The notes under the pieces are model-generated. The model had not been told where the DNA came from. It saw only the letters and a program-made list of their open reading frames with translations, and made no database searches. Shown in pieces: positions 32,787 through 45,437 of a stretch of DNA of 64,000 nt. Source of the stretch: an uncultured Candidatus Thioglobus sp. (lineage in GTDB: Bacteria; Pseudomonadota; Gammaproteobacteria; PS1; Pseudothioglobaceae); assembly GCA_964558405.1 (NCBI GenBank), contig CAZLDG010000001.1, positions 14,326 to 78,325 on the forward strand, read 5' to 3'. Positions within the stretch are counted from its first letter, which is position 1; each line of letters begins with the position of its first letter. Made by a program: the position numbers and the translations under genes.

Positions 32787-33584
32787 GTGGCCATTGATCC
32801 CAGTGCAGTTATTGACCCCAGTGCAAAAATTCATAAAAATGCTGAAATTTGCGCCTATGCTGTTATCGGTGCTAACGTTGAGATTGATGCAGGCACCATT
32901 GTTGAATCGCACGCAGTAATTCAAGGTCCGACCAAAATTGGCAAGAACAATCACATTTACTCATTTGCCTCTATTGGTGGCGACCCACAAGACATTACTT
33001 ATGAAGAAGGCCAAGAATCAAACCTGGTCATTGGCGATGATAATCTAATTCGTGAGTTTTGCACCATTAACCGTGGCACAGAAAAAGAAAAATCCATCAC
33101 TCGTGTAGGTTCAAACAACATGCTAATGGCTTATGTACATATTGCCCATGACTGTGAAGTGGGTAATCATGTGATTATGTCTAATAACGCTTCGCTGGCT
33201 GGACACGTTAAAGTGCACGATTGGGCAATTCTAGGCGGCTTTACCCTGGTCAAACAATTTTGTATGATTGGCATGCATACTTATATTGGCATGGGTTGTC
33301 AGATTAACAAAGACATTCCGGCTTACTTGGTGGCCTCTGGCATTCCAACTCGAGTCAGAAGTATTAACGCCGAAGGCATGCGCAGACGTGGTTTTTCCTC
33401 AAGCGCCATCGCCTCAATCAAGCGTGCTTTTAAAGTGGTGTATCGAGAAGCGCAAGGTGGTCTACTGGATCACGCGCTTAATGATTTGGTTAAATCAGAG
33501 ACTGATTCACCTGAGGTTATGCAATTTATCAAATGCATCCGCAGCTCTAAAGTGGGTATTATGCGCGGACCGACTGAAGACTAA
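32787..33584 (+). CDS. lpxA: Acyl-ACP--UDP-N-acetylglucosamine O-acyltransferase
   Basis: 265 aa with a GTG start. Hexapeptide repeats followed by the helical C-terminal domain (GLRRRGF-like EGMRRRGFS). Confidence 0.93.
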   Translation: MAIDPSAVIDPSAKIHKNAEICAYAVIGANVEIDAGTIVESHAVIQGPTKIGKNNHIYSFASIGGDPQDITYEEGQESNLVIGDDNLIREFCTINRGTEKEKSITRVGSNNMLMAYVHIAHDCEVGNHVIMSNNASLAGHVKVHDWAILGGFTLVKQFCMIGMHTYIGMGCQINKDIPAYLVASGIPTRVRSINAEGMRRRGFSSSAIASIKRAFKVVYREAQGGLLDHALNDLVKSETDSPEVMQFIKCIRSSKVGIMRGPTED

Positions 33585-33595
33585 CTACACACCCT

Positions 33596-35125
33596 ATGGA
33601 CAAATCCTTTTTAAAGTCTAGCTCTGTGGTCACAGGCATGACTTTCCTCTCAAGGATTTTGGGCCTGGTACGCGATTATTTTATTGCGCGTTATTTTGGT
33701 GCTAACGCAGCCACCGACGCCTTTCTGGTTGCTTTTAAAATTCCCAATTTTCTAAGGCGCCTATTTGGCGAAGGCGCTTTCTCTCAAGCCTTTGTACCTA
33801 TCTTAGCTGACGCCAAAGCTAAAGATGATGAGCAAGAAATACAGGCGGTTATTAATCATATTGGTACCAAATTCTTAAGTGTACTAGTTGTTATTACCTT
33901 GATTGCAGTCTTGGCAGCGCCAGTGGTCATCTTTTTATTTGCCTGGGGTTTTTATTTCAACGAGGATCAAACTCAATTTTATTTGGCCTCAGACATGCTG
34001 CGCATTACTTTTCCTTATTTGCTACTTATCTCTTTAACGGCTTTTTCCGGTGCGATTTTAAATACCTATAATCGTTTTGCTGTACCGGCTTTTACCCCGG
34101 TTCTGCTTAATATCTGCATGATTCTTAGTGCAGTTTATCTATCAGAATACTTAGAACAACCAATTATGGCGCTGGCCTGGGGTGTGCTGATTGGCGGCGT
34201 GGTCCAACTTGGATTCCAAATACCCTTTCTCATTAAACTCAAAAAAATGCCACAACTCACTCGTGGCGATCACCCCAGTGTTGGCGTGTTAAAAAAACGT
34301 ATGCTACCGGCACTATTTGGCGTCTCCGTCTCACAAATCAACCTATTGATTGACACCATGATTGCCTCACTTTTGGTTAGTGGCAGTGTGTCCTATCTTT
34401 ATTATTCAGATCGATTATTAGAATTACCCTTGGCGCTAATTGGCATTGCTCTGGCGACGGTGGCCTTAGCAAAACTCAGCGCGCACTTTGCCAACAACGA
34501 TGAAGACAGTTTTAAAGCCACGGTTAACTACGCGCTCAAAGTTGGCCTACTGCTGGGCATGCCCGCACTATTTGGTCTGGTTCTATTGGCTGAAGAGCTA
34601 ATGATTACCCTGTTTCAATATCAAGCCTTTAGTGCATTGGCTGCACATAACTCAGCACTGAGCCTGATGGCTTACGGCTCGGGACTGATTGCATTTATTT
34701 TGGTAAAAATACTCTCACCGGTTTTTCTCTCCAGAGGTGATACCAAAACCCCGGTTAAAGTTGGCGTGGTCGCTATGTTTAGTAATGTGGTTCTCAACGT
34801 GATTTTGGCTTATTATTATGCCCATGTGGGCTTAGCGATAGCTACCTCAATCTCAGCCGCGATTAACGCACTGGGTTTGTATTATTTTTTAAAGAAATAC
34901 CAAATCTTTAGCTTTGATAACAGCGTGGTCAAAATTTTTATAAAAGCCTTAGTCGCAAGCTTTATAATGATGGTTTTTATTTTAAGTACCAATCCTGGCG
35001 TGGAGTTTTATTTAAGTGCTGACGTGAGCAGCAGAGTCTTAAATATTGCCAGTACTATAGGGGTTTCGGCTCTTATTTACTTTATCATGCTGGGCATATT
35101 GGGCGTACGCACTAACAAATTATGA
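33596..35125 (+). CDS. murJ: Lipid II flippase MurJ (MviN)
   Basis: 509 aa with ~14 TM. N-terminal [20 protein letters not shown] and [26 protein letters not shown] are characteristic. Confidence 0.92.
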   Translation: MDKSFLKSSSVVTGMTFLSRILGLVRDYFIARYFGANAATDAFLVAFKIPNFLRRLFGEGAFSQAFVPILADAKAKDDEQEIQAVINHIGTKFLSVLVVITLIAVLAAPVVIFLFAWGFYFNEDQTQFYLASDMLRITFPYLLLISLTAFSGAILNTYNRFAVPAFTPVLLNICMILSAVYLSEYLEQPIMALAWGVLIGGVVQLGFQIPFLIKLKKMPQLTRGDHPSVGVLKKRMLPALFGVSVSQINLLIDTMIASLLVSGSVSYLYYSDRLLELPLALIGIALATVALAKLSAHFANNDEDSFKATVNYALKVGLLLGMPALFGLVLLAEELMITLFQYQAFSALAAHNSALSLMAYGSGLIAFILVKILSPVFLSRGDTKTPVKVGVVAMFSNVVLNVILAYYYAHVGLAIATSISAAINALGLYYFLKKYQIFSFDNSVVKIFIKALVASFIMMVFILSTNPGVEFYLSADVSSRVLNIASTIGVSALIYFIMLGILGVRTNKL

Positions 35126-35391
35126 ATACCGTAAAATGCATCAAACTTAACCAAGAGCTCGAAGCACTGGATCGCGCTCCTTATCCAGGAGAGTTGGGAC
35201 AAAGAATTCTGGCCAATGTTTCCAAAGAGGCCTGGCAACTTTGGTTGGATCACCAGACTATGCTGATTAACGAAAACAATCTATCGATGATGGATTCCAG
35301 CGCACAAAGCTACCTTAAGGAACAAATGGAGAAATTCTTTTTCTCGTCAGAAGGTGCCGATAAAATCCAAGGTTACACTCCGCAGAACTAA
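35122..35391 (+). CDS. yggX: Fe(2+)-trafficking / oxidative-damage protection protein YggX
   Basis: 89 aa. YPGELGQRI...SKEAWQLW...QTMLINE...GYTP aligns by eye with E. coli YggX. ATGA overlap with murJ. Confidence 0.88.
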   Translation: MNTVKCIKLNQELEALDRAPYPGELGQRILANVSKEAWQLWLDHQTMLINENNLSMMDSSAQSYLKEQMEKFFFSSEGADKIQGYTPQN

Positions 35392-35996
35392 TGGCCAATT
35401 TATTTATTATTGCTGCCCCTTCGGGCTGTGGCAAAACCTCTTTAGTTAAGGCTCTGCTAGAGCAACAGTCAAATATTTGCGTCTCTACTTCACATACTAC
35501 GCGTCAGGCTAGGCCTGGTGAAGTCAATGGTAAGAATTACTTCTTTGTTTCTAAGGCAGAATTTGATCAAATTCAGCAAGCCAATGGATTTTTAGAATCT
35601 GCTCAAGTGTTTGATAATTTCTACGGCACTGCCAAACAAACCGTGGTGGACTTGCTGGCAACAGGTACCGATGTGATTCTAGAGATTGACTGGCAAGGTG
35701 CGCGTCAAGTAAAAACCATCTTTGGTGATGCCATTGGTATTTTTATCCTACCACCCAGTGAGCAGGCTTTGCGAGAGCGTTTAAATGACCGTGGTCAAGA
35801 CAGCGAGGAAATCATCGATAGACGTATGCAAGATGCGGTCAGTGAAATGCAGCATTATAATGAGTTTGATTATTTAGTAATCAATGACAAATTTGAGGTA
35901 GCGTTACAGGATTTGATCAATATTATCAACACACAAAAACTCAACCTTAAAACTCAAAGCATCCAACATCAAAGTTTGCTTAAATCCTTGATTTAA
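35391..35996 (+). CDS. gmk: Guanylate kinase
   Basis: 201 aa. P-loop APSGCGKTSL, TTRQARPGE and YFFVS motifs. Confidence 0.95.
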   Translation: MANLFIIAAPSGCGKTSLVKALLEQQSNICVSTSHTTRQARPGEVNGKNYFFVSKAEFDQIQQANGFLESAQVFDNFYGTAKQTVVDLLATGTDVILEIDWQGARQVKTIFGDAIGIFILPPSEQALRERLNDRGQDSEEIIDRRMQDAVSEMQHYNEFDYLVINDKFEVALQDLINIINTQKLNLKTQSIQHQSLLKSLI

Positions 35997-36042
35997 CCTA
36001 TAATATTACTTTGTTTTAATATTCAGAGATGAATATCGGCCA

Positions 36043-36885
36043 ATGAGTAACGAATTCGCCCTACCTGTTAGTACGCATGCCAGTAGCCTGGAGCTACAAA
36101 AATACCCGCCAATTCTTTCCAAAGAAGAGGAATACGAGCTAGCACTTAGACTATATGAAAACCATGATTTAGAAGCAGCAAGAAAGCTGGTGCTTTCACA
36201 CATGCGCTTTGTGGCGTTTATTGCTCATGGTTACAAAGGCTATGGTTTGGAGCAATCTGATTTGATTCAAGAAGGCACGATTGGCCTGATGAAGGCAGTA
36301 AAGAAATTCAATCCCCACAAAAAAGTACGCTTAGCCTCTTTTGCCGTATATTGGATTCGTGCTGAGATTCACGAATTTATCTTTAAAAACTGGAAGATTG
36401 TTAAAGTTGCCACCACCAAGGCTCAACGCAAATTATTTTTCAAACTCAAACAAGCCAAAGCACACATCTATCAATCACTCACCAACGAACAAGCTGATGA
36501 GATTGCCAATGATTTAGGCGTTAGACGCAAAGACGTGCTGGAGATGGAATCACGCCTACAATTTAATGACGTGGCCTTTGAGAGCAGTAGTGAAGAAGAT
36601 TCTAATGCGCCAGAGTTGTATCTCACCGATAACAACACACAAACGCCAGAACAATTACTACTGACAGATGACAGTCAAAAAAATCAACAACAAAGCCTTT
36701 ATCAGGCACTTTCTTCTTTGGATGAAAGAAGTTTGGATATTTTGCAATCCAGATACTTGAAAGAAGAAAAATCGACCCTACATACTCTAGCAGACAAGTA
36801 TGGTGTTTCTGCTGAACGAGTACGTCAGCTTGAGAAAAAAGCCATGCAAAAACTAAAAGAAAGTCTTGAAGCTAGCGCTTCTTAA
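36043..36885 (+). CDS. rpoH: RNA polymerase sigma-32 (heat-shock sigma factor)
   Basis: 280 aa. Sigma-70 regions 2-4 plus the RpoH-box-like QRKLFFKLK. Confidence 0.93.
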   Translation: MSNEFALPVSTHASSLELQKYPPILSKEEEYELALRLYENHDLEAARKLVLSHMRFVAFIAHGYKGYGLEQSDLIQEGTIGLMKAVKKFNPHKKVRLASFAVYWIRAEIHEFIFKNWKIVKVATTKAQRKLFFKLKQAKAHIYQSLTNEQADEIANDLGVRRKDVLEMESRLQFNDVAFESSSEEDSNAPELYLTDNNTQTPEQLLLTDDSQKNQQQSLYQALSSLDERSLDILQSRYLKEEKSTLHTLADKYGVSAERVRQLEKKAMQKLKESLEASAS

Positions 36886-36909
36886 GAGTTGTTTTAGTCG
36901 TCGCATCTA
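36881..36909 (+). promoter_or_regulatory. Candidate sigma-32-type promoter for groESL
   Basis: CTTAAGA (36881-36887), a 14-nt spacer, then CGCATCTA (36902-36909). Compare the consensus CTTGAAA-N13-15-CCCCATNT. Lies 32 nt upstream of the groES ATG. The match is imperfect. Confidence 0.35.
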
Positions 36910-36940
36910 CAATAATATAATTGACTAATTAGGAGAAAAA

Positions 36941-38883
<1,943 letters not shown>

Positions 38884-38903
38884 TTCCAAACCCAAACCAT
38901 CGT

Positions 38904-38934
38904 AAAAAAGCCCCATTTAATGGGGCTTTTTTTT
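38904..38934 (+). terminator. Rho-independent terminator after groEL
   Basis: Stem AAAAAGCCCCAT, loop TTAA, stem ATGGGGCTTTTT, followed by a T-run ending at 38934. Confidence 0.85.
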
Positions 38935-38975
38935 GGTATGATACTTTGCAAAATAAATTCTTGGATTAACATTGT

Positions 38976-40859
38976 ATGGGTAATTACGACTCCTCTTCAA
39001 TTGAGGTATTATCAGGTTTAGAACCAGTGCGTAAACGCCCTGGCATGTACACCGAAACCGAGCGTCCTAATCACCTAGCCCAAGAGGTAATCGATAATAG
39101 TGTGGATGAAGCCGTTGCTGGTTTTGGCAGCAAGATTCAAGTGGTGCTCTACGAGGATGGCTCGCTTAGCGTTGAAGACAATGGTCGCGGCATGCCTACT
39201 GATATACACCCTAAAGAAAACAAGCCTGGTGTCGAGGTGATTCTCACCAAACTACACGCTGGTGGTAAATTCTCTAATGATTCTTATCAATTCTCTGGTG
39301 GTTTACACGGTGTAGGTATCTCGGTGGTAAACGCCCTATCCTCTTTAGTAGAAGTCTGGATTAAACGCGATGGCAAAGAGCATTATATGTCCTTTGCCGA
39401 TGGCGGGAAAAAAACCGATCTTGAGGTGATTGGCACAGTAGGCAAACGCAATACTGGTACCAAGGTTAAATTCAAGCCCGATGGTACTTTTTTTGACAGT
39501 GAGAAATTCTCTGCTAAAAAACTCAGACATAATCTCAGATCCAAAGCGGTACTTTGTCCAGGTCTGGAGATTCACTTTCATAACCAGATTGACGATACTA
39601 AAGACCAATGGCTTTATCAAGAAGGTTTAAAGGATTATCTTTCTGCCTCACTGGACGCTCTAGATTGCTTACCTGCAGATCCATTTGTGGTCAATTATGA
39701 AAGCGAAGAACAAGAATTGCACTGCGCCCTATCTTGGACTGAGTACAACACCGGTGTGGTGGCTGAAAGCTATGTCAATCTGATTCCAACTTCTCAGGGT
39801 GGTACCCATGTAAATGGTCTACGTTCAGGATTAACTGATGCCTTAAAAGAGTTTTGTGAATTTAGAAATTTACTACCTAAAAATATTAAGCTAACTCCAG
39901 ATGATGTCTGGCAAAAAATCGCCTACGTGCTTTCTATTAAAATTATGGATCCACAATTCTCGGGCCAAACCAAAGAGCGCCTTTCTTCCAGAGAATGTGC
40001 TGGCTTTGTCTCTAATGTGGTTAAGGATGCCTTTAGCTTGTGGCTAAACCAGCATACCTCAGTAGCCGAGAAAATTGCAGAATTGGCAATTGCCAATGCG
40101 CAAAATCGACTAAAAACCCGTAAAAAAGTTGTACGTAAAAAAGTTGTAAGCGGTCCCGCCCTGCCCGGAAAGCTTTCTGATTGCACTAGTAATGATTTGG
40201 ATCAAACCGAAGTGTTCTTGGTCGAGGGTGACTCGGCGGGTGGTTCTGCCAAGCAAGCACGTGATAAAGAGTACCAAGCCATCTTGCCGCTACGAGGCAA
40301 AATTCTCAATACTTGGGAGGTTGAATCTGACCAAGTGCTTTCTAGTAACGAGATTCATGACATTAGTGTGGCCATTGGCTTAGAGCCTAATAGTGATGAC
40401 CTATCAGGCTTAAGATATGGCAAGATTTGTATCTTGGCTGATGCGGATTCTGATGGCGCACATATTGCTACTTTAATTTGCACCCTATTTGTTAAGCATT
40501 TCCCAAGACTAATCAAAGAGGGTCATGTGTTTGTGGCCATGCCGCCACTATATCGTATCGATGCCGGCAAACAAGTGCACTACGCCTTAGATGATAGCGA
40601 ACGCGACGCAATTGTTAACAAGATTGAAAAAGAAAACAAGCGGGTTAAGATTCAAGTACAGCGCTTTAAAGGACTGGGCGAGATGAACCCTTCTCAACTT
40701 AGAGAAACCACTATGTTGCCTGATACTAGGCGCCTGATTCAACTCACACTGGATAATCCGTTGCAGGTTGCACAAACCATGGATATGTTGCTCAGCAAAA
40801 AACGTGCTGCCGATCGCAAGCGCTGGCTAGAAGAAAAAGGCAATCTTGCCAATGTCTAA
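38976..40859 (+). CDS. parE: DNA topoisomerase IV subunit B
   Basis: 627 aa type IIA ATPase/Toprim ([27 protein letters not shown]). Its length, and the absence of the long GyrB-specific insertion, favour ParE over GyrB. Confidence 0.88.
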   Translation: MGNYDSSSIEVLSGLEPVRKRPGMYTETERPNHLAQEVIDNSVDEAVAGFGSKIQVVLYEDGSLSVEDNGRGMPTDIHPKENKPGVEVILTKLHAGGKFSNDSYQFSGGLHGVGISVVNALSSLVEVWIKRDGKEHYMSFADGGKKTDLEVIGTVGKRNTGTKVKFKPDGTFFDSEKFSAKKLRHNLRSKAVLCPGLEIHFHNQIDDTKDQWLYQEGLKDYLSASLDALDCLPADPFVVNYESEEQELHCALSWTEYNTGVVAESYVNLIPTSQGGTHVNGLRSGLTDALKEFCEFRNLLPKNIKLTPDDVWQKIAYVLSIKIMDPQFSGQTKERLSSRECAGFVSNVVKDAFSLWLNQHTSVAEKIAELAIANAQNRLKTRKKVVRKKVVSGPALPGKLSDCTSNDLDQTEVFLVEGDSAGGSAKQARDKEYQAILPLRGKILNTWEVESDQVLSSNEIHDISVAIGLEPNSDDLSGLRYGKICILADADSDGAHIATLICTLFVKHFPRLIKEGHVFVAMPPLYRIDAGKQVHYALDDSERDAIVNKIEKENKRVKIQVQRFKGLGEMNPSQLRETTMLPDTRRLIQLTLDNPLQVAQTMDMLLSKKRAADRKRWLEEKGNLANV

Positions 40860-41535
40860 AAAGGCGGTTGTTCTGCTCTCTGGCGGACTCGATTCAACTA
40901 CGGTTCTGGCTATTGCCAAGTCTCAAGGGTTCGAGTGCTATGCACTGAGTTTTGATTATGGACAAAAACAAAAAGCCGAACTGAACTCAGCAGCCAATAT
41001 TGCCAAAGCCTTTGGTGCTATAGAGCACCGAGTGATGTCTATTTCGCTGGGCGATATTGGTGGCTCAGCACTAACCGATGATAATATTGATGTGCCCAAG
41101 TTTGAGCAAAGCGATGAGATTCCAGTGACTTATGTGCCTGCACGCAATACCATCTTTTTATCATTTGCCATGGCCTGGGCCGAAGTTTTAGACGTACAAG
41201 ATATCTTTATTGGTGTGAATGCGCTGGATTATTCAGGTTATCCAGATTGCCGTCCAGAGTTTATTCAAGCATTTGAAGCCATGGCTAATTTGGCCACCAA
41301 ACAAGCCGTTGAAGGACAAAAGCTAACGATTCATACACCACTGATCGATTTAGACAAAGCCAAAATTATCCAAAGCGGTATTGATTTAGGGGTGGATTAT
41401 TCCAAGACCACTACCTGTTATCAAGCCAATGATCAGGGTGAGGCTTGTGGGATTTGTGATGCTTGCACTTATCGAAAACTGGGCTTTAAACAAGCGGGAA
41501 TTTGTGATCCAACTAGGTATCAAAAAAGCCCATAA
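40846..41535 (+). CDS. queC: 7-cyano-7-deazaguanine synthase
   Basis: 229 aa. PP-loop LLSGGLDS and a C-terminal Zn cluster CYQ...CGICDAC. The start overlaps parE by 14 nt. Confidence 0.92.
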   Translation: MPMSKKAVVLLSGGLDSTTVLAIAKSQGFECYALSFDYGQKQKAELNSAANIAKAFGAIEHRVMSISLGDIGGSALTDDNIDVPKFEQSDEIPVTYVPARNTIFLSFAMAWAEVLDVQDIFIGVNALDYSGYPDCRPEFIQAFEAMANLATKQAVEGQKLTIHTPLIDLDKAKIIQSGIDLGVDYSKTTTCYQANDQGEACGICDACTYRKLGFKQAGICDPTRYQKSP

Positions 41536-41614
41536 CTTTTTTTAAATTTTCTCTTGTATAGTGCGCAATTAAAGATAAAATAATAATTTTTTACAACGAT
41601 TAAGGAAATAACAA

Positions 41615-41842
41615 ATGAGTATTGAACAAAGAGTTAAAGATGTAGTAGCTGAGCAACTAGATGTAAGCGGTGATATCGATAACAACGCTTCTTTTATTGA
41701 TGATTTAGGTGCAGATTCTTTAGACACAGTTGAGCTAGTAATGTCTCTTGAAGAAGAGTTTGACTGCGAAATTCCTGATGATGAAGCAGAAAACATTACA
41801 ACTGTTCAACAAGCAATCGACTACGTGAACAACAATTTGTAA
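41615..41842 (+). CDS. acpP: Acyl carrier protein
   Basis: 75 aa with the [14 protein letters not shown] phosphopantetheine attachment motif. Confidence 0.98.
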   Translation: MSIEQRVKDVVAEQLDVSGDIDNNASFIDDLGADSLDTVELVMSLEEEFDCEIPDDEAENITTVQQAIDYVNNNL

Positions 41843-41869
41843 TTTCCGTATTGACTAGTATCAATACCC

Positions 41870-41905
41870 AAGGCGCTTTTTCATTTAATTAAGCGCCTTT
41901 TTTTT
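41870..41905 (+). terminator. Rho-independent terminator/attenuator between acpP and fabF
   Basis: Stem AAGGCGCTT (41870-41878) pairs with AAGCGCCTT (41891-41899), followed by a T-run to 41905. Confidence 0.7.
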
Positions 41906-41925
41906 ACCTTTAATTTAGTGATGTT

Positions 41926-43164
41926 ATGAGCAAAAGAAGAGTGGTGATTACCGGTTTGGGCATGGTTTGCCCTGTGGGTTTAAACGTTAGCGGATCTTGG
42001 GAGAATATTCTCAATGGTCAATCAGGCATTACCACACTAACCAATCTAGACACCGAAGGACAAACGGTGAAGTTTGGCGGTTCGGTTAAAGACTTTGATA
42101 TTGGTGAATACATCTCGCCTAAAGATGCGAAAAAGATGGATCCTTTTATTCATTACGGCATGGCAGCCGGTATTCAAGCCATTGAAGACTCTGGCATTGA
42201 AATTACCGAACAAAACGCTGAACGCATTGGTGTAGCCATTGGTGCTGGCATTGGCGGCTTAGGCACGATTGAGAAAACTGCCGATCTTTATCGAGAAAAA
42301 GGCGCCAAACGTATCTCGCCATTTTTTGTACCCTCTTCTATCATCAATATGGTCTCAGGCAATCTGTCGATTAAATACGGCATGAAAGGTCCAAATTTCG
42401 CCATTGTTACTGCTTGTACCACAGGTACGCATAATGTCGGTGATGCCGCGCGTCTAATTGAATATGGCGATGCTGATGTCATGGTGGCAGGTGGCGCTGA
42501 AATGTCGACTACCAATTGTGGCCTAGGCGGTTTTGCTGCAGCCCGTGCTCTATCGACACGCAATGATGACCCACAAACTGCCTCACGTCCTTGGGATAAA
42601 GATCGTGATGGTTTTGTACTGGGCGATGGCGCAGGTGTGGTGGTGTTAGAAGAATACGAACACGCCAAAGCACGTGGTGCGAAGATTTATGCTGAGGTTT
42701 CAGGTTATGGCATGAGTGGTGATGCTTATCACATGACGCTACCTTCTAAGGGTGGTGAAGGTGCGGCGCGCTGCATGAAAAATGCCATGAATAATGCCGG
42801 AGTCAATGCTGAGCAAATTAACTACATCAACGCACACGGTACTTCAACACCAGCGGGTGATCAGGCAGAAACCGATGCGGCCAAACTGGCCCTAGGCGAT
42901 CACGCTTATAATATTGTTATGAGTTCAACCAAGTCAATGACTGGCCATCTTCTGGGTGCAGCAGGCGGTATTGAAGCTATCTTTACGGCTTTAGCGGTTA
43001 AACATCAAGTGGCCCCACCAACGATTAATATCTTTAATCAAGATGAGGGCTGTGATTTAGATTATGCCGCCGGTGAAGCCAGAGAGATGAAGATCGATCA
43101 CGCCATCTCTAATTCATTTGGCTTTGGTGGTACCAACGGCAGTATTGTACTGTCTAAGATTTAA
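41926..43164 (+). CDS. fabF: 3-oxoacyl-ACP synthase II
   Basis: 412 aa. Active-site region [14 protein letters not shown] and GHLLGAAG. Confidence 0.95.
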   Translation: MSKRRVVITGLGMVCPVGLNVSGSWENILNGQSGITTLTNLDTEGQTVKFGGSVKDFDIGEYISPKDAKKMDPFIHYGMAAGIQAIEDSGIEITEQNAERIGVAIGAGIGGLGTIEKTADLYREKGAKRISPFFVPSSIINMVSGNLSIKYGMKGPNFAIVTACTTGTHNVGDAARLIEYGDADVMVAGGAEMSTTNCGLGGFAAARALSTRNDDPQTASRPWDKDRDGFVLGDGAGVVVLEEYEHAKARGAKIYAEVSGYGMSGDAYHMTLPSKGGEGAARCMKNAMNNAGVNAEQINYINAHGTSTPAGDQAETDAAKLALGDHAYNIVMSSTKSMTGHLLGAAGGIEAIFTALAVKHQVAPPTINIFNQDEGCDLDYAAGEAREMKIDHAISNSFGFGGTNGSIVLSKI

Positions 43165-43166
43165 AT

Positions 43167-43385
43167 CTACTTAGCAGGTGCTGATAAGTCTACACCTTGG
43201 ATTTTGTCGGCATCAGCAATTAACTCTCTAGCAAAATCATAAGTTTTAACCGCACCATTTTGCACGCTGCTAAGCGCTGCCTCTTTGTTAACTACCAAAG
43301 CCCATTCTGCATCTGTTGATTTGAATTGAATCGCACCACCAATTAGCGCCAGAATTACCACTACAGCAAAAATAAATTTAATCAT
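43167..43385 (-). CDS. Small hypothetical protein with an N-terminal membrane anchor/signal sequence
   Basis: 72 aa with hydrophobic N-terminus MIKFIFAVVVILALIGGAI. No recognisable domain. Sits between prlC and convergent fabF. Confidence 0.4.
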   Translation of the reverse strand: MIKFIFAVVVILALIGGAIQFKSTDAEWALVVNKEAALSSVQNGAVKTYDFARELIADADKIQGVDLSAPAK

Positions 43386-43422
43386 TTAGATCTCCGAGAA
43401 TATAAAAATAGGCTTATTTTAC

Positions 43423-45348
43423 CTAGTAATTCACAATACCATTGGCTTTTAATAGTGCCTGCACCTGGGGCTTCTTGCCTCGAAACTTCACATATTGCGC
43501 CATAAAATCCAGCGACCCACCAACTTCTAAGATGTTTTGCAAAAAAGATAGTGAAGCCTGAGAACCGGCACCGCCTTGACTATTGACATAATCATAAGCA
43601 TCTGCCGCTAAAACCTCTGCCCACTTATAAGAGAAATAACCCGCAGCATAACCGCCACCAAAAATATGACCAAAGGTATTAAGAAAACGATTCTCATCAA
43701 TCACAGGCAGTAGTGCAGTTTTTTCTCTAACCTGGGATAGCACCTTATAAGTATCTTGATTACCCATATGGGTTAACAAATCCCAAAGTGAAAACTCACA
43801 TTGGCGCAACATGCCCATTGCCGATTGAAAATTCTTAGCGGCAATGAGTTTTTCGTACAACTCATCTGGCAGTGTTTCACCAGTCTGGTAATGCGCAGAC
43901 ATAAGCTTAACCGTGTCTTTTTCATAACAAAAGAACTCCATGTACTGACTCGGCAGCTCTACCCCATCCCAAGGTACGCCAGAGATACCGGCCACTGAAG
44001 GATGTTTAACCGTGGTCAGCACATGATGCAGCGCATGACCAAACTCGTGGAAAATGGTCACAATCTCATCAAACTCAAATAGCGCAGGTTTATCCGCACT
44101 AGGAGAATTAAGATTACACACCACAAAAGCCACTGGCTTTTCATCATCCATTAGTCCTTGATAATCCGCCATCCAAGCGCCACCACGTTTGTCTTTACGT
44201 GCATACAAATCCAGATAAATTCGCCCAACTACCTCTGACTCGCGCTCAACATTTAAAATACGCACATCGGGGTGATAACTCACCTCGTTAACTCGACTGA
44301 GTCGAATCCCGTAGAGTTTTTCAATAGTGCTAAACAAGCCTTTTAACACACCAGACTCTGGAAAATACGGCGTGAGATCAGACTTGGAAAAACCAAATTT
44401 CTGCTCTTTTAACTGCTCTGAATAAAACATCAAGTCCCAAGGCTTTAAAGACTTTTGTGCAAAGGCTTCTAATTCTGCCAATTCCTCTAAGGCTTGCACT
44501 TTGGCCTTATCTACCAAATCCCAAAGAAAATCCAATACCATCTCAGTAGAGTCCACCATCTTTGACTCTAATGAGAGTTGTGCATAGTGCTCAAAACCCA
44601 GTAATTGAGCCATCTCCGCTCTAAGCGTGAGAATTTCATCCATGGTGGTGCGATTATCATACCCTTTGCTGGTAATACCCACCTCGGAAGCGCGCGAGAT
44701 ATAAGCCCTATAAACTTCTTCTCTCAGCGCCTCATTCTCAGCATAAGTCATCACATCCAAATACACCGGCATTTGCAAGTTAAGCTCGTAGTGATCATCT
44801 ACCGCTACCTTAGCCAGAGCTGAGGCCGGATAGCCGGATAAATCCTCTTGAGTAACGCTTTTTTTCCACTCATTAGTAGCTTGCAAGGCGTTTTTTGAAA
44901 AGGCATTACTCAGCACACTAAGTTGCTCTTGAATTTGCTTAAAACGCGCAAGCGCCTCACCTTCTAGCGTAACACCCGAGAGCTTGAAACCATCTAGGGT
45001 GTTTTTTAAAATATGTTGTTGTTCTGGATTTAGTGTTTGATTTTGCAGCTGCTCATAGGCTTGATAAAACGATTTATCTGAGGCAATATCGGCATAAAAA
45101 TTACTAATCAGTGGCAAGGTTTTTTCATATTCAGCATTGAACTCTTCACTAAACATAACTGAGTTAAGATGCGAGTTCACGCTGCTTTGCTGATTAAATT
45201 TAAACTCAAACGCGTCCCAAGGGCTATAAACACTCTGCCAATCACTGCCTTGCTTGGAAAGTGCCAAGGCTTGATAACCTTCTTTAATTAAGGCTTGAAT
45301 ATCTTCAACTAGATTATCTGTGGCTTGAAAATTAGGGCTAAGACTCAT
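43423..45348 (-). CDS. prlC: Oligopeptidase A-like M3 family zinc metallopeptidase
   Basis: 641 aa. HEFGHALHH zinc motif, and SHLNSV...YEKTLPL near the N-terminus as in OpdA. Confidence 0.85.
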   Translation of the reverse strand: MSLSPNFQATDNLVEDIQALIKEGYQALALSKQGSDWQSVYSPWDAFEFKFNQQSSVNSHLNSVMFSEEFNAEYEKTLPLISNFYADIASDKSFYQAYEQLQNQTLNPEQQHILKNTLDGFKLSGVTLEGEALARFKQIQEQLSVLSNAFSKNALQATNEWKKSVTQEDLSGYPASALAKVAVDDHYELNLQMPVYLDVMTYAENEALREEVYRAYISRASEVGITSKGYDNRTTMDEILTLRAEMAQLLGFEHYAQLSLESKMVDSTEMVLDFLWDLVDKAKVQALEELAELEAFAQKSLKPWDLMFYSEQLKEQKFGFSKSDLTPYFPESGVLKGLFSTIEKLYGIRLSRVNEVSYHPDVRILNVERESEVVGRIYLDLYARKDKRGGAWMADYQGLMDDEKPVAFVVCNLNSPSADKPALFEFDEIVTIFHEFGHALHHVLTTVKHPSVAGISGVPWDGVELPSQYMEFFCYEKDTVKLMSAHYQTGETLPDELYEKLIAAKNFQSAMGMLRQCEFSLWDLLTHMGNQDTYKVLSQVREKTALLPVIDENRFLNTFGHIFGGGYAAGYFSYKWAEVLAADAYDYVNSQGGAGSQASLSFLQNILEVGGSLDFMAQYVKFRGKKPQVQALLKANGIVNY

Positions 45349-45437
45349 AATGGATTAATCATTAAATAATGTAGTGAGGTATTTTAACGACTTAAAAGCA
45401 TGAACAAGACAAAGATACAAGTGCGTAAAATACCCCT

